Source of the DNA: Eledone cirrhosa
Taxonomy: Eukaryota
Length of the DNA: 64,000 bases
Reading direction: 5' to 3'
Assembly: GCA_964016885.1 (NCBI GenBank)
Contig: OZ024745.1
Location: forward strand, 30,256,001-30,320,000
Made by a program: the position numbers and the translations under genes. Numbering within the stretch: position 1 is the first letter of the stretch; each line of letters starts with the position of its first letter. The notes beneath the pieces were generated by a model. The model had not been told where the DNA came from, searched no databases, and saw only the letters and a list, made by a program, of their open reading frames with translations. Below are positions 15,636 to 29,049 of this stretch, piece after piece.

Positions 15636-16335
15636 CTAAGAGTTGCCACATTGAATGTTGGAACAATGAGGTAAGTGTAGAGGGATTGTGGAAATGTTAG
15701 AGAGGAGAAAAGTAGATGTGTGCTGTGTGCAAGAAGTGGAGGGGAACTTCAGCCAGATTCATTACAGGCAAGGAACACAGGTTCAAATTCTTCTAGATGT
15801 CTGGCAATAGCAGGGTAGGCAGAACTGGAATACTCCTTGCTTAGAGATGGGTAGACTAGGTAATTGAGGTAGTTTGGGAGAGTGATAGAATAAATAAACT
15901 TAGACTAGCCCTGGGCAATACTACAGCCCCTATACTATCTACAGAAGCTCTAAAAGCTGGACATGCTGATGAACAAAATGATCATTTCTATGAGGACCTC
16001 CTACAGACTACCTCAATGACAGACGACTGTGATCTTATGATTGTAGTTGGAAACTTTAATTGACATGTTGGGAAACATCATGATGTATTTTTAGGCATAC
16101 ACAGAGGCTATGGATATGGCACAAGAAAAGAGGAAGGAACTAGGCCTCTAGAGTTCTGTAATGTCTTCACTTAATGATCTGTAACACAAACTTCAAGAAA
16201 CTAACCAATCACCTGGTTACCTACCAATCAGGGGGACATACAAGTCAAATAGACTTCATCCTCACAAGGTGACAAGACAAGACGTTGTAAATACAAAGTC
16301 TTTTCCTGGGGAGGAATGTACCTCTCAACATAGAT
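15636..16335 (+). pseudogene. Decayed RTE apurinic endonuclease fragment (paralog 32120-32770)
   Basis: LRVATLNVGTM, VDVCCVQEV, GNFN, SQIDFIL with stops and frameshifts. Confidence 0.75.
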
Positions 16336-16369
16336 TGTCTTGGAAGGGGGTGCAGTGCAGCTGCCAGGA

Positions 16370-16406
<37 letters not shown>

Positions 16407-16556
16407 GGGTGTGTGTGAAGTAGTGAATTTGAGAATAACTGTTACGGAGAGCTAGTGGCAGGGTGGGGTGTACATTGTAAGGTAAAGTCTCTCTTTCTCT
16501 CTCTGTCTCTCTATATATATAGACACACACAAATACATAAATTATATTAAACATAC

Positions 16557-16607
16557 CTTCTTTATGTGTCAGCACTCCTTTCTTTTCCAAATGAGCAATT
16601 AGTTTTT
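16557..16607 (-). CDS. Microexon D1 (51 nt), EKLIAHLEKKGVLTHKE
   Basis: CTTTAG|AAAAACTA...AAAGAAG|GTATGT; phase 1-1, open. Confidence 0.8.
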
Positions 16608-17099
16608 CTAAAGTTAAAACAACAAAATGGCTTAAATATCATTTTAAACAACTGGTTACATTGATTTCCCCACTTAACTTTATTATATAAAAAGATCTTT
16701 AAATAGATTTTTAAATCTGTGCTTCTCAATTTCTATTTCCTGCCAATATTCTATGATTTGTGTAGAAGTTTACCCAATTTTGGTGTAATGCTTCCTGGAT
16801 CTCATTTCCTGCCCACCCTACCCTACTATCATACCTTACAGTACCAACTTGGTGGGTGGGTTTTTTACATCCCCTTCCTCCCTGTGTACTCTCCACCACT
16901 ATAGTATATGAAATTTTACTGGAAACATTATTTAGGGTACAAAAGACTTAGTGAAGGGTTGTGGCTACTACTGACTCAGGTATGGGGGATGACTACATAC
17001 ATTTGTGTGACAAATAAATAACAGATTATAAAACATGTAAGAGCTTGACATACATGTAAATCCCCAGAGACATCTTTGACAACTGTATCCTGGAATGTA

Positions 17100-17695
17100 T
17101 GAACACTATTGGATTTACTAAGTTCAAATCATATATGCACCAACTCAGTAAGTCCCCAAGAAGAAATAGAGAAATTTTATGTGGATCTGTGAATAGTTTT
17201 GAAAAATGTAAATATGGAAGATGAACCTGTAGTAATGGGTGATTTGAATGCTTATATTACATGTGACTTAACTACATGGAGCAGCATAGGTCCTCATGGA
17301 ATGGAAAAGTGTAATAGCAGTGGATTTCTCCTGCAGATGTACCAAGAATTCGATCCTGTGATGGGAAACATGGGAACATCTGGCAACACTGATAATATGT
17401 TAAGAGGAATTTGAAGTTGTGTGCAAGAGAGAAGACTGCATTGGTATGGACATGGGATGTGTGTGGATGATGATTGCTGGGTGTAGAAGTGCCAGGAAAT
17501 CTCAGTGGAAGGGAGCCACAGTAGAGGTAGACATAGGAAGACCTGGACCTGGGCAGAGATGGTGAGGACTGATCTCAAATCGCTGAGACTCACAGAGGGG
17601 ATGAGAAAGGAATACAGCAAGTGGAGAGATGATATGCTGATAAAGAACCGTCCAACCCATGCAAGCTTGGAAAAATGGTCATGATGGTGATGATT
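17100..17695 (+). mobile_element. Decayed RTE remnant (paralog 33490-34087)
   Basis: APE-like VVMGDLNA; QERRLHWYGH; 3' tail. Confidence 0.65.
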
Positions 17696-17712
17696 AATTT
17701 TATTAAACATAC

Positions 17713-17763
17713 CTTCTTCAGTTGGCGATAATCTTCCTACTTTTGCAGCAGCAAATAGTATTT
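17713..17763 (-). CDS. Microexon E1 (51 nt), EILFAAAKVGRLSPTEE
   Basis: CATTAG|AAATACTA...GAAGAAG|GTATGT; phase 1-1, open. Confidence 0.8.
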
Positions 17764-19112
17764 CTAATGAAAAAAAATAATGTCATATATATCATTTGAA
17801 ACAACATATTACATTGAGTTTCCCCCTCATTTTATTATATTATTGAGCTCAGAGTACAGAGAACTGGAATGAATACTGCAAAGCATTCTATTCAACATTC
17901 TAAAATCTCTGCCAATTTGACACCTATATAGGTATGTATATATATATATTTATACATATGATAAAGTTGTGTATATATATATATATTTATATATATACAT
18001 GATAAAGTTATATCTGTATAAATACTGTATTATACACCAACATATATAAATATATACACATATCTGATATGTACGCATGTAAACATGCCAGAAAATACAA
18101 ATTTCCAAATCTAATTGGACCCTCATCAAAAGGTGTGTTTACCATCCAATCAACAAGAAAACATGCATTTGATGGGTGTATATACTCACTTGCTGTTAGT
18201 ATTATTCAGAAATGGATGTTCGAATGAGCATATAATTAGCATTCATGTTGGTAATATATATATTAGGAAGTGTGTTAGCAGCGGAAGTGTACAATAAAGT
18301 TATATCTGCATAAATACAGTATGTAACTAAGACTGCATCAATATAATAACTCCTCCCCCCTCTCATTTTTATTTTTATTTTTATTTTGAGTTTTTATTTT
18401 TATTCTGTCTTTATTCTACTCTCCAAACTCTGTTATTGTTGATGAAGGGCAAATGCCCAACACGTTGACTGTTTCACTCTCTTTTAAGCATGAAACTAAT
18501 AAGACATAGTTAATGCATCCCTTTGTTTGTTTTTGTATTCTTGATACATATATATAGTTAATTAATCAAATTAATTTCAGAATGAGTTGTTAAATGTTTT
18601 GAGGACCTTCTAAGATGTCTTCATATGTCTTCCCTTTAATAACTATCAACCATGCGCACATGAAATCGGTTTCGGCATTCAAAGGTTGTCAATGTTAGCA
18701 GTCGCTACTAAAGCTTGGGATTGGTGTGATATGGCAGGGTCTGTGCACATCTGTAAGTGTTATTGTTAACCTTGGCAACCTTTGAATGACTGCGCCAATA
18801 TTGCATATGGGCACCTGATATGGAATTATTTGTTTGCTTATTTCAGTCAGTCTGACACTAGCAATACATGACCACATAAACTCCTCTCCAACGTTCCTTC
18901 CATCTCTATTAGTTACCTTATTAGGGGCTAATAAGGTAACATCATCACTGGTTTTCATTTCATTTTACATTTCTTTTTCTTATTTCCTCCCCTCCCCTCC
19001 TCTCAATTCCTCCTACTGCCACCTGATTTGGAAACATGGAGATTTACCCATCTGCATTGTAGAGGCTTCCAAATACTATTTTACTATTCCACAAAGATTC
19101 AAGCAAATTTAG

Positions 19113-19182
<70 letters not shown>

Positions 19183-19196
19183 TGTTTTAAACGTAC

Positions 19197-19247
19197 CTTC
19201 TTCAGCTGACAGCATTCCTTCTTTTTTTGCAGCCATAATTAGAATTT
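19197..19247 (-). CDS. Microexon F1 (51 nt), (K/E)ILIMAAKKEGMLSAEE
   Basis: CATTAG|AAATTCTA...GAAGAAG|GTACGT; phase 1-1, open. Confidence 0.8.
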
Positions 19248-19997
19248 CTAATGTTTAAAAGAAATTAACATAATGGCTTAAATATCGTTTGAAACCACAT
19301 ATCACATTGAGTTTTTCCCTCATTTTATTAATATATATGGATGCATGGATGTACGGTCTCATAATAATCTCATAGTGCCCTACAGCATTTCTTAAGCATT
19401 TTGTTTACAACTGGCAGAGCCCACCTTCTCTTCAGAATGAAATAAAGCCAATTTCTTCCAGAGTAAGAAAAGAGAGTGATAGAGAGGAAGTGAGAAAGAG
19501 ACATAGAGAAAATAGACACCAGTACTAAACTAATAGTAACTATAACTTTTGATTTGTATGGAACATTATCACCCCTTTTTTTTCACTACAGTATATATAC
19601 ATATATGCAGTCTGCACTGTAAAGTGGTTCTATAGGTGTTACGACAAAGAGCACCCAGTCCACACTGTAAAATTGTCATGTAGGTGTCATGAGAAAAATC
19701 ACCCAGTCCACACTGTAAATTTGGTTGGACTTAGGAAGGACATCCAGCCATAGAAATCAATACAAAATCAGTTCTATGTCATCTAAACATGGTCCTCCAG
19801 CCTGGATCTCTCACACTGGGTCAGCATGTCCTACTCTTGCTAGCATGACAATGATGATGATGATAATGATGATATAAACTATTATAAATAGTTTATCAAC
19901 ACAGTTGCTTGCTAACATATATAATAATATTTGGGTCTGTACATAACATAAACCTCTCGGTTTCCTTTGTCTATTCTATGGAAACTCGTGACACTGA

Positions 19998-20041
<44 letters not shown>

Positions 20042-20334
20042 ATTGGTAGAGCTGGTGCTATCCAGTTCTCAATGTAAAGAGAGAGAAATGGTGACATAAC
20101 AAAAAACACCCAGCTGATTCTGTAAGATGGTACTGCCAGAGTCATGATAAAATTCTCCCTGTACATGCCACAAACTGGATGACATTAAGAACGGCATTCA
20201 GCCATTGAAACCATGACAGAATGGAATGTATGAGAGTCATCTGACCTTTTTAACCAGCCTGAGAAGGTGACAACAGGTTTAACCCATGTAAGTATAGAAC
20301 AATAGACATAAAATTATAACAATAATAATGACGA

Positions 20335-20371
<37 letters not shown>

Positions 20372-20517
20372 AGTCTACATGTTAACACATATCTGAGGAG
20401 CTTCCAATTCCAGAGTGATGTTCTATAGTTAATCGATTGTTCTGTGAGCTGATCGACAGTGAAACATATGTAATATGTAATTAAATATGTGTATGATGCA
20501 ACACTGATTCTTTGTTC

Positions 20518-20564
<47 letters not shown>

Positions 20565-20566
<2 letters not shown>

Positions 20567-21390
20567 TTCAGGGAGCAAGAAGTTCAGGGAACTACTGCCA
20601 CTGCTAGTTGCAAAAGGCTTTTCCTTCAAAAGGAAAGGCAGACTGTATGATGTGTGTATACAAACAGCAGTGTTATATGGTAGTGAGACCTGGGTGCTCT
20701 CTGTAGAAGACTTGTGTAGATTAGAAAGAAATGAAGCTTGCATGCTCTGATGGATGTGTAATATTAATATAAGTTAATGGCAAAGCAGAAACGAATTGAG
20801 ATAAAGACTGAGCCTAAGAGGAATCAAATGCTGTGTGCAGGAGAGGAGGTTGCGTTGGTATGGACATGTGATGTGTATGAAGGATGACAGCTGCTTAAAA
20901 AGGTGGTGCAGATCACTAGAAGTCAATGGAAGCCGCGGAGTGGAGAGATGCAAGAAGATCTGGGATGAGGTGATAAAAGCCGACCTTACCCAGTTGCACT
21001 TCTCAAGGGTGATGGCACACGACTATGACTTCTGGTGTCACGCAGAAATACGGAAGACCCAAATTCCCAGGGGTACAAGGCGGAGCTGAAGTATATAGAC
21101 AATATGACCCCACCCCCTCCCACTGCAAAGTGGTCGTGGGGGTGCCACAGTAAAAAAGCACCCAGCCCACACTGTAAAGTGGACGTGTAGGTGCCATGGT
21201 AAAAAAAGCACGCAGCACTCACTGTAAATAAGGTTGATGTTAGGAAGGGCATCCAGCTGTAGAAATGAAGCCAGAATCAGTTCCTGTATGAGCAAGACAA
21301 AGTCAGCTGACTAGACACTGCCCACAACAGGACAACCAACCTAACCCATGCTAGCATGGAAAAAACAGACGTAAAACGGTGATGATGACG
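20565..21390 (+). mobile_element. RTE 3' fragment (paralog 37308-38096)
   Basis: [22 protein letters not shown]; shared by units 1 and 2, so it predates the duplication. Confidence 0.85.
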
Positions 21391-21452
21391 TTATATATAT
21401 ATATGTACACTTAAACATATACATAAATTATCTTAAATTATATCAAACATAC

Positions 21453-21500
21453 TTTCTTCTGGTGTTATCACTCCTGTTTTTATAGCAGCAAGTAGTACAT
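21453..21500 (-). CDS. Microexon G1 (48 nt), DVLLAAIKTGVITPEE
   Basis: CAACAG|ATGTACTA...GAAGAAA|GTATGT; the only exon ending in A rather than G; open. Confidence 0.75.
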
Positions 21501-22302
21501 CTGTTGATAAAAAAAATTAACATAATGGCTTACATATCATTGGAAACAGCATATTACATTGATGTTCACCCCCACATTTTATCATGTGTGTGTAGTGTCT
21601 GCGTGTAGTTCTTCTAAAATCTCTGATCCCTCCAATGCACCTTTGGCAACTACCACAAACACACCCTCCAACTCAAGATGACATAGGAAAAACAGACATT
21701 CTTTATCCCTTGACAATTCTTCACCACTCCCAAACTACAATATGTCAAACCCAAATACACATTGACAATGAAACATGCACACAAATACACACACACACAT
21801 ACACACACACAAACACACACACACACATACACACACACAAACACACACACACACACACACACACACAACCAATCCCTGAGAATACAATGTATAAACAATT
21901 GATCATAGACCCTACAATAATTGTTTCTACTTTTGGCACAAGGCCAGCAAATACCCAGTACATTACTGGTACTTTATTTTATCGACCCCATAAGGATGAA
22001 AGGCAAAGTTAACCTCCAGGGGATTTGAACTCAGATCATAAAGGGACGTAACTATGCTAGAAAGCATGGTGTCCAATCCTCTACCGATACTGCCAATTCA
22101 CTCCCCTATATAGACCCTACAATAATGACCTTCAAAGGGCCAATATCCCCTTCTTAACCACTTGTCTACTTACTCCACATGTTAATCACTTCAGGCCACA
22201 CTCCTGATGAGAAGCTTATTCACAGCAGGGAGATATATCTCCAGTTTGGAATTTGCTGCTGAAACAGCAAAACCTACGCCAATGGGCCCCAACTCGCTAA
22301 TA

Positions 22303-22340
<38 letters not shown>

Positions 22341-22386
22341 TATACATATATACACACACACAGACATATAAATGTATTAAACATAC

Positions 22387-22431
22387 CTTTTTTAGTTTCC
22401 AGCACTTCTGTTTTTGCAGCAGCAAGTATTT
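22387..22431 (-). CDS. Microexon H1 (45 nt), EILAAAKTEVLETKK
   Basis: CATCAG|AAATACTT...AAAAAAG|GTATGT; phase 1-1, open. Confidence 0.8.
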
Positions 22432-22656
22432 CTGATGTTAAAAAAATTAACAAAATGGCTTAAATATCATTTGAAACAGCATATTGACATAATTTTCCCC
22501 AAATTTTATTATATTATATGGACCTGAATCCCACCACTTCTCCAAATCTGAATAAAATCTATTTCTTTCAGAGTTAGGAAAGAGATTGAAAAAGAGGAAG
22601 TGAGGAAGAGATATGGAGGAAAAATCAACCCCAGTTCTAGATGAATATTCATTTAA

Positions 22657-22757
22657 CTTGATTTCAGCAAGGCCTTCGACAGGGTCGATCATAAGATTCT
22701 ACTGAAAAAACTATCCAAAGTTGGTGTCTCTGGAAGTTTACTACAGTGGATCAAATG
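22657..22757 (+). pseudogene. ~100-bp CR1/L2-like RT fragment
   Basis: [33 protein letters not shown]. Confidence 0.7.
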
Positions 22758-22819
22758 TATATACATCATCATCATCATCACCGTTTTACGTCTGTTCGGT
22801 GATGATGATATATATATGC

Positions 22820-22850
<31 letters not shown>

Positions 22851-22958
22851 CATATATATATACATATATATATATATATAAACATATATATATATATGTA
22901 TATATATATATATGTATATATATATATACATATATATATATACAATTATATACATATA

Positions 22959-22990
<32 letters not shown>

Positions 22991-23160
22991 GTGAATATAT
23001 ATATACATATATATACACATATATATATATAGTGAATATATATATACATATATATACATATATATATATATAGTGAATATATATATATACATATATATAC
23101 ATATATATATATAGTGAATATATATATACATATATATACATATATATATATATATATAGT

Positions 23161-23540
23161 GAAACCTACTACAGTCAGTAGGCACCTCTAACAAAATACA
23201 CCCCCGTCCCACTACCCCCACCCCATCCACACCACCCCTTTCAATGTAAAGTTATGTTGGTACCACAGCATCCAGCCCGAAACAATGAGGTCGTGTAGGT
23301 GTCATGACAAAAAAAAACACAGTCCACGCTGTAATGTGGCCGTGTAGGCAACACGGTAAAAACCTCCCAGCCCCACACTGTAAATGTGGTTGGTGTTAGG
23401 AAGGGCATCCAACCGTAGAAAACCTGCCAGACAGTCCTATGCGAGCAAGACAACCACTCTTGCCTCAAGTGGGAAAACTCCCGTCGAAACCCATGCAAGC
23501 GTGGAATATGGACGTTAAACGAAGATGATGATGATGATGA

Positions 23541-23545
<5 letters not shown>
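23161..23545 (+). mobile_element. RTE 3' UTR fragment
   Basis: Matches 9425-9795 including the (GAT)n tail. Confidence 0.8.
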
Positions 23546-23581
<36 letters not shown>

Positions 23582-23682
23582 TTCATATATTCATATAATA
23601 TTATTCAAAATATTAATGAATGAAAAATATTCTCATAATCAAAATATATATTTTATTATACATATTTCAAAGGTACAATGGT

Positions 23683-23738
<56 letters not shown>

Positions 23739-23883
23739 CAACCAATGATTAATATGGATTGTTGATTATTCAACGAATACAATTTTACAATAGATTAGAA
23801 GCACTCGACAGTAGATTTTCCTGGAGTATTTAATATTATTCAAAACATTGATGAATGAAAAATATTCTCATAATCAAAATATA

Positions 23884-23946
23884 TATTTTATTATACATAT
23901 TTCAAAGGTACAATGGTGTTTAAGTACGTTTTCATCAGGCAAAATA
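23884..23946 (-). ncRNA. Minimal hammerhead ribozyme
   Basis: Inverted near-copy of 24058-24120. Confidence 0.6.
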
Positions 23947-24057
23947 TGAGATTTGATATGCGACATACCACTACGGTATTGATTATTCAATTCCAGCATT
24001 AGCAACACTGGAATTGAATAATCAAAACCGTAGCGGTATGTCGCATATCGAATCTGA

Positions 24058-24120
24058 TATTTTGTCTGATGAAAACGTACTTAAACACCATTGTACCTTT
24101 GAAATATGTATAATAAAATA
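24058..24120 (+). ncRNA. Minimal hammerhead ribozyme
   Basis: TATTTTGT-CTGATGA-AAACGTAC..GTACCTTT-GAAA-TATGTATA-ATAAAATA. Confidence 0.7.
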
Positions 24121-24265
24121 TATATTTTGATTATGAGAATATTTTTCATTCATCAATGTTTTGAATAATATTAAATACTCCAGGAAAATCTACTGTCGAG
24201 TGCTTCTAATCTATTGTAAAATTGTATTCGTTGAATAATCAACAATCCATATTAATCATTGGTTG

Positions 24266-24336
<71 letters not shown>

Positions 24337-24341
24337 CATAC

Positions 24342-24392
24342 CCATTTCCTGTGTCCACACTCCTTCCTTTTTTGCAGCACGAAGTATTACAT
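24342..24392 (-). CDS. Microexon I1 (51 nt), DVILRAAKKEGVWTQEM
   Basis: CATTAG|ATGTAATA...GAAATGG|GTATGT; phase 1-1, open. Confidence 0.8.
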
Positions 24393-24592
24393 CTAATGTT
24401 GAAAAAAAAAAAAAAATGGCTTAAATATCATTTGAAACAAGATATTACATTGACTTTCCCTTCCTCATATTATATATATATATATATTTATGCATGGTCC
24501 TATAAATCACAAATTTCTGCCTTGTCCGCTAGCCATGTGATAGTGTTTTTTTTAAATTCATTTCTTGTGGGATAATGGTTGAAACTCGAGGC

Positions 24593-24678
24593 GTCTCTTG
24601 ATGAGTTCCAAGCCTCGTAGATAGATCCAAGATCAGGTATATGCACAGAAAATGAACGAAACTACCGGTAGTCGAGAC
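24593..24678 (+). ncRNA. Hammerhead ribozyme, C3U core variant
   Basis: GTCTC-TTGATGA-GTTC...GAAC-GAAA-CTACCGGTAG-TC-GAGAC (GUC site). Confidence 0.6.
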
Positions 24679-24683
24679 TAGAG

Positions 24684-24778
24684 GAATTTTGGTAAAGTTT
24701 ATATGCATTTTTATATGAATTTTGGTAAAGTTTATATGCATTTTTATATGAATTTTGGTAAAGTTTATATGCATTTTT
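24684..24778. repeat. 33-bp minisatellite, ~3 copies
   Basis: GAATTTTGGTAAAGTTTATATGCATTTTTATAT repeated. Confidence 0.85.
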
Positions 24779-25564
24779 CCGTGCAGTTGATTATTTGTCT
24801 AGTCAATTTCCACGGGCTAAAAGGAGTGACTAGGTAAATTTTATCTGGCTATCCCTCGTGAAAGATAGTCTGTATCATTTGTCTAATATTGCTTCATAGT
24901 TACATATTAAACTTATAGCCTCATTAAAATGATTATTTATGTGCTTGATTTATACAGACAGTGAGAGAAAATACTGTATATCTTGTATCTAATAATTCTT
25001 CAAACTTGCAATTTTATATATATATATATATATTTATGCATGGTCCTATAACTCCTGTTTGATTTGTAGCGGTGCTATAGTGACACAGAATTTCTGGGGT
25101 ATTTTGTTTAAACCTAGTGGAGCCTATCCCTTCTTCAGATCTGAATATAGCATATTCTTCCAGAGAAGGAGAGAGAGCATGAGAGAAAGGAAGTAAAAAA
25201 GAGCTATGACAAAAAAACAAAACAAAACACCATGACCTTATTTTTTGGAGGTAGCACTGGTGCCATGACAGAAAGCACCTAGTTCAGTCTGTTAGATGGT
25301 ACTGCCAGAGTCAAGATAAAATGCTACTGGTACATGTTGTTAACTAATTGCTATTAGGAAGGACATCCAGCTTTAAAAACAATGCCAGAATCAAATGTCA
25401 TCTTAACTTATTAACTAGTTACAGAAGGTGACAACAGATCTAATCCATGTAAGCATGGAAAATAATCATAAAATAATAATGATAATAATGATGAGGATAT
25501 ATGTATATATATATACATATATATATATTTTAAAAAATAGATTTGTGACACACGAGTTGTGATA

Positions 25565-25929
25565 TATTAGTAAAAAGGAAAAGAAAATGCTGACAAATTT
25601 TTCCCAGTGAAAAATAGTTTAATTAGGAATAAGTATAAATTAGTAATAAGTATTAGTTAGTATTCAGTTTTAGTTTTAAGTTTTTACCGGTTGCGCAATT
25701 CTTATGCTTTTCAAAAATAAGTTTGAGATAGAGTGCTCGTCATTTTTGCTCTAAAAGATCACGAGCAGTCTATCTCAAAATTATTTTTGAAAAGCATAAG
25801 AAATGCGCAACCGGTAAAAACTTAAAACTAAAACTGAATACTAACTAATATTATTACTAATATTATTCCTAATTAAACTATTTTTCACTGGGACAAATTT
25901 GTCAGCATTTTCTTTACTTTTTACTAATA
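25565..25929. mobile_element. Palindromic foldback/MITE element in TA repeat
   Basis: Almost fully self-complementary, termini TATTAG...CTAATA; shares ACCGGTT.CGCA.TTCTT.TGCTTTTCAAAA core with the 43085 and 46978 copies. Confidence 0.7.
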
Positions 25930-25999
25930 TATATATATAATATATATATATATATACATAAACACACATACACATATATGTAAATTATATTAAACATAC

Positions 26000-26047
26000 C
26001 TTTTTCCTTTATCATCTCTTCTTTTATTGCAGCCAAAACTATGACTT
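26000..26047 (-). CDS. Microexon A2 (48 nt), EVIVLAAIKEEMIKEK
   Basis: CATCAG|...|GTATGT; paralog of A1. Confidence 0.8.
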
Positions 26048-26850
26048 CTGATGTTAAAAAAATTAACACAATGTCTTACATATCATTTGAAACAACATAA
26101 CACATTGACATTATATATTTCTACTACATTGTACCTGCTTTTTGAAACTTATCAGTCATTTATTACATATCTCACAATAAATAAATGAACTATATTACTA
26201 CTATATATATATGAGTATATACATTGTATATATGGATTGAAAAAGTAGCAGGAGAAATGAAATATTTGGAATGAACGAACAAAAGAATGAAGTTTCCTCT
26301 TCAGCCACACATGGGCAATGCACTTTCATGCGAAAAGTGTTATTTTTAATATTGAGCCCAGATTGTATAACAGCTTAGAACAAGCCACTGGAAAGATGTA
26401 TATGAGACAATAGAAACAGAGGACAACATATATATATATCCTCTGTTATGTGGTAGTGCTGGTGCCACGAAAAATGGCATCCAGTCAATCATGTAAAGTG
26501 TGAGTGCTGGTGTATGAAAAAAAACACTCAGTTCATTCTGTAAAATCAAACTGTCAGAGTCATGATAAAATGCTACTGGTATACATCATTAACTAGTTGA
26601 TAGTAGGGAGGGCATCCAGCTTTAAAAACAATGTCAGATGGAACATATGAGCAAAAGACAGGCATCTGATCTGCCTAAACAGCTTCAGTAGGTGACAAGA
26701 AGTTTAACCCCTGCAAGCATAGAAAATAGACATAAAATGATAATGGTAATAATGATGAAGATATATATATATCATCATCATCATTATCATTTTACTTCCG
26801 CTTTTCCCTGCTTGCAAGATATATATATATATACATTATATTCAACATAC

Positions 26851-26901
26851 CATCTTCAGGTGTCAGCATTCCTTTTTTTTTCAAAGTAGCAATTAGGTTT
26901 T
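26851..26901 (-). CDS. Microexon B2 (51 nt), ENLIATLKKKGMLTPED
   Basis: CATTAG|...|GTATGT; paralog of B1. Confidence 0.8.
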
Positions 26902-26979
26902 CTAATGTGAAAGAAAAAAATTAACAGAATGGCTTACATTTCATTAGAAACAACATATTACATTGACTTTCCCCTCCTC

Positions 26980-27047
<68 letters not shown>

Positions 27048-28225
27048 CATAACTCCTGGTAGAGTTGTAAAGATGTTATAGTGACACAGCATATCTGGTG
27101 CATTTTGTTGGTAGAGCCCATCCCTTCTCTAAAGCTGAATATAACATATTCTTCAAGAGAAGGAGAAAGAGCATGAGAGAAAGGAAGTGAAAAAGAGTTA
27201 TAGAGGAAAGATCATTTCCCTTGGCAAGATGAAAAGAAAAGTTGACCTCAGCAGGATTTGGAATCAGATCGCATTTCAGTTGGAAGAAGAAATCCTGCTA
27301 AGTCTATCGAATGTTCTAACAACTGCCAATTTATGGCCTATATTATATATATATATATATATGTATATATATACAATTACACCTCTCAAAGGCGATGACA
27401 CACGACCGTGATCTCTGGCGTCACGCAGTAATACAGAAGACCCGACACCCCACAGGTACAAGCCGAAGCTGAGCATATAGACAATATGCCCCACACCCTC
27501 CCATGGCAAAAAAGCATCCAGCCCACACTGTAAAGTGGATGTGTAGGCACCATGGAAAAAAAGTACCCAGCAATCACTGTAAATGAGGTTGGTGTTAGGA
27601 AGGGCATCCCGCTGTAGAAATGAAGTGAGAATCAGTTCCCATATGAGCAAGACAAGGTCAACCGACTGGCCACTGCCCACAACAGGACAACCTCTCTAAC
27701 CCATGCTAGCATGGAAGAACGGACGTAAAACGGTGATGATGACGATATATATATGCATGTATATATATATGGAAAACTTGGATTGGGAGACTCAGGAAAA
27801 CTTGGGATTAATTTATAAAAGCTGACCATGCCCAATTGCACCTCTCAAAGACGATGACATTGGACCAAGACCTCTGGTGTTATTCCGGTGGATGGCTAAT
27901 AGTAATATACGTAAACAGCAAAGTATAAACAAACAGAGAGAAACTAAGCATAGGAATTAGTTGCAGAGTGCAGGAGAGGAGATTGTGTTGGTATGGGCAT
28001 GTGATGTGTATGAAGGATGACAGGTGTATAAAAAGGTGCAGAGTGCTCAAAGTCGATGAAAGACTTAGATCAGGGAGACCGAGGAAGACTTGGGATGAGG
28101 TGATACAAGCTGACCTTCCCTAATTGCACCTCTTAAAGATGACACAGGAGCAACATAATAGTCGTTATGCAATAATACAGACGACCCCCTTTCCCACAGA
28201 CTGAAGCTGAAGTATATATATAGTA

Positions 28226-28359
<134 letters not shown>

Positions 28360-29049
28360 CATATATATATATATTATATATCTAATTATTATTGGCGGAT
28401 TGGCAGTATCAATAGAGGGTCGGACATCGTGTTTTGCAGCATTGAGTTATGGCCCTTTGCCGTCTGAGTTCAAATCCCACCGAGGTTAACTTTGCCTTTC
28501 AGCCTTACGGGGTCGATAAAATAAAGTACCAGTAATGTACTGGGTTATTACTGCACTTGTGCCAAAAGTAGAAACAATTATTATCATTGTTATTAAAGAT
28601 GTGTTTCTTAAGAGTTAGAGAGTTGAATTCACAATTGTGAGTATGATATGTTGTGTTCTTGGGTGAAATATTTTAATTCATGTTGCTCCAGTTCACTCAT
28701 TTGTAGAAATTAGTTGCAATGTCACTAGTGCCAACATGTATTGGCCTTTGCCTTTCTCTTGGACAACATTGGTGGAATGGAGAGGGGAGACTTATATCCA
28801 TGGGCAATTGTTTGTCTTCCACATAAACACCATACCCAGGATGGTTCCTTGGAGGGGAAGTTTCTAGGTACAACTCCCATAGTCATTCATGATAGAAGGG
28901 GCTCTTTACCCTTTTTATATATCTATGTATGCAAATAGTAAATTTCACAAAGAAAATACGAAATATGCAGGATGAATGTCTTCCTTCCAGGCAGCCCCTG
29001 GGCAATGCAATTTCGTACCAAAGGTAGGTATTGCATAATATTGAGATAT

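Noticed and set aside
18435-18500. Hammerhead-like relic TTGATGAAGGGC..GCCCAACACG (also ~34870)
   Set aside because: GAAA core mutated; dead PLE 3' end
22204-22270. CTGATGA...GAAAC motif (also 39787)
   Set aside because: No convincing stem I/III or NUH triplet
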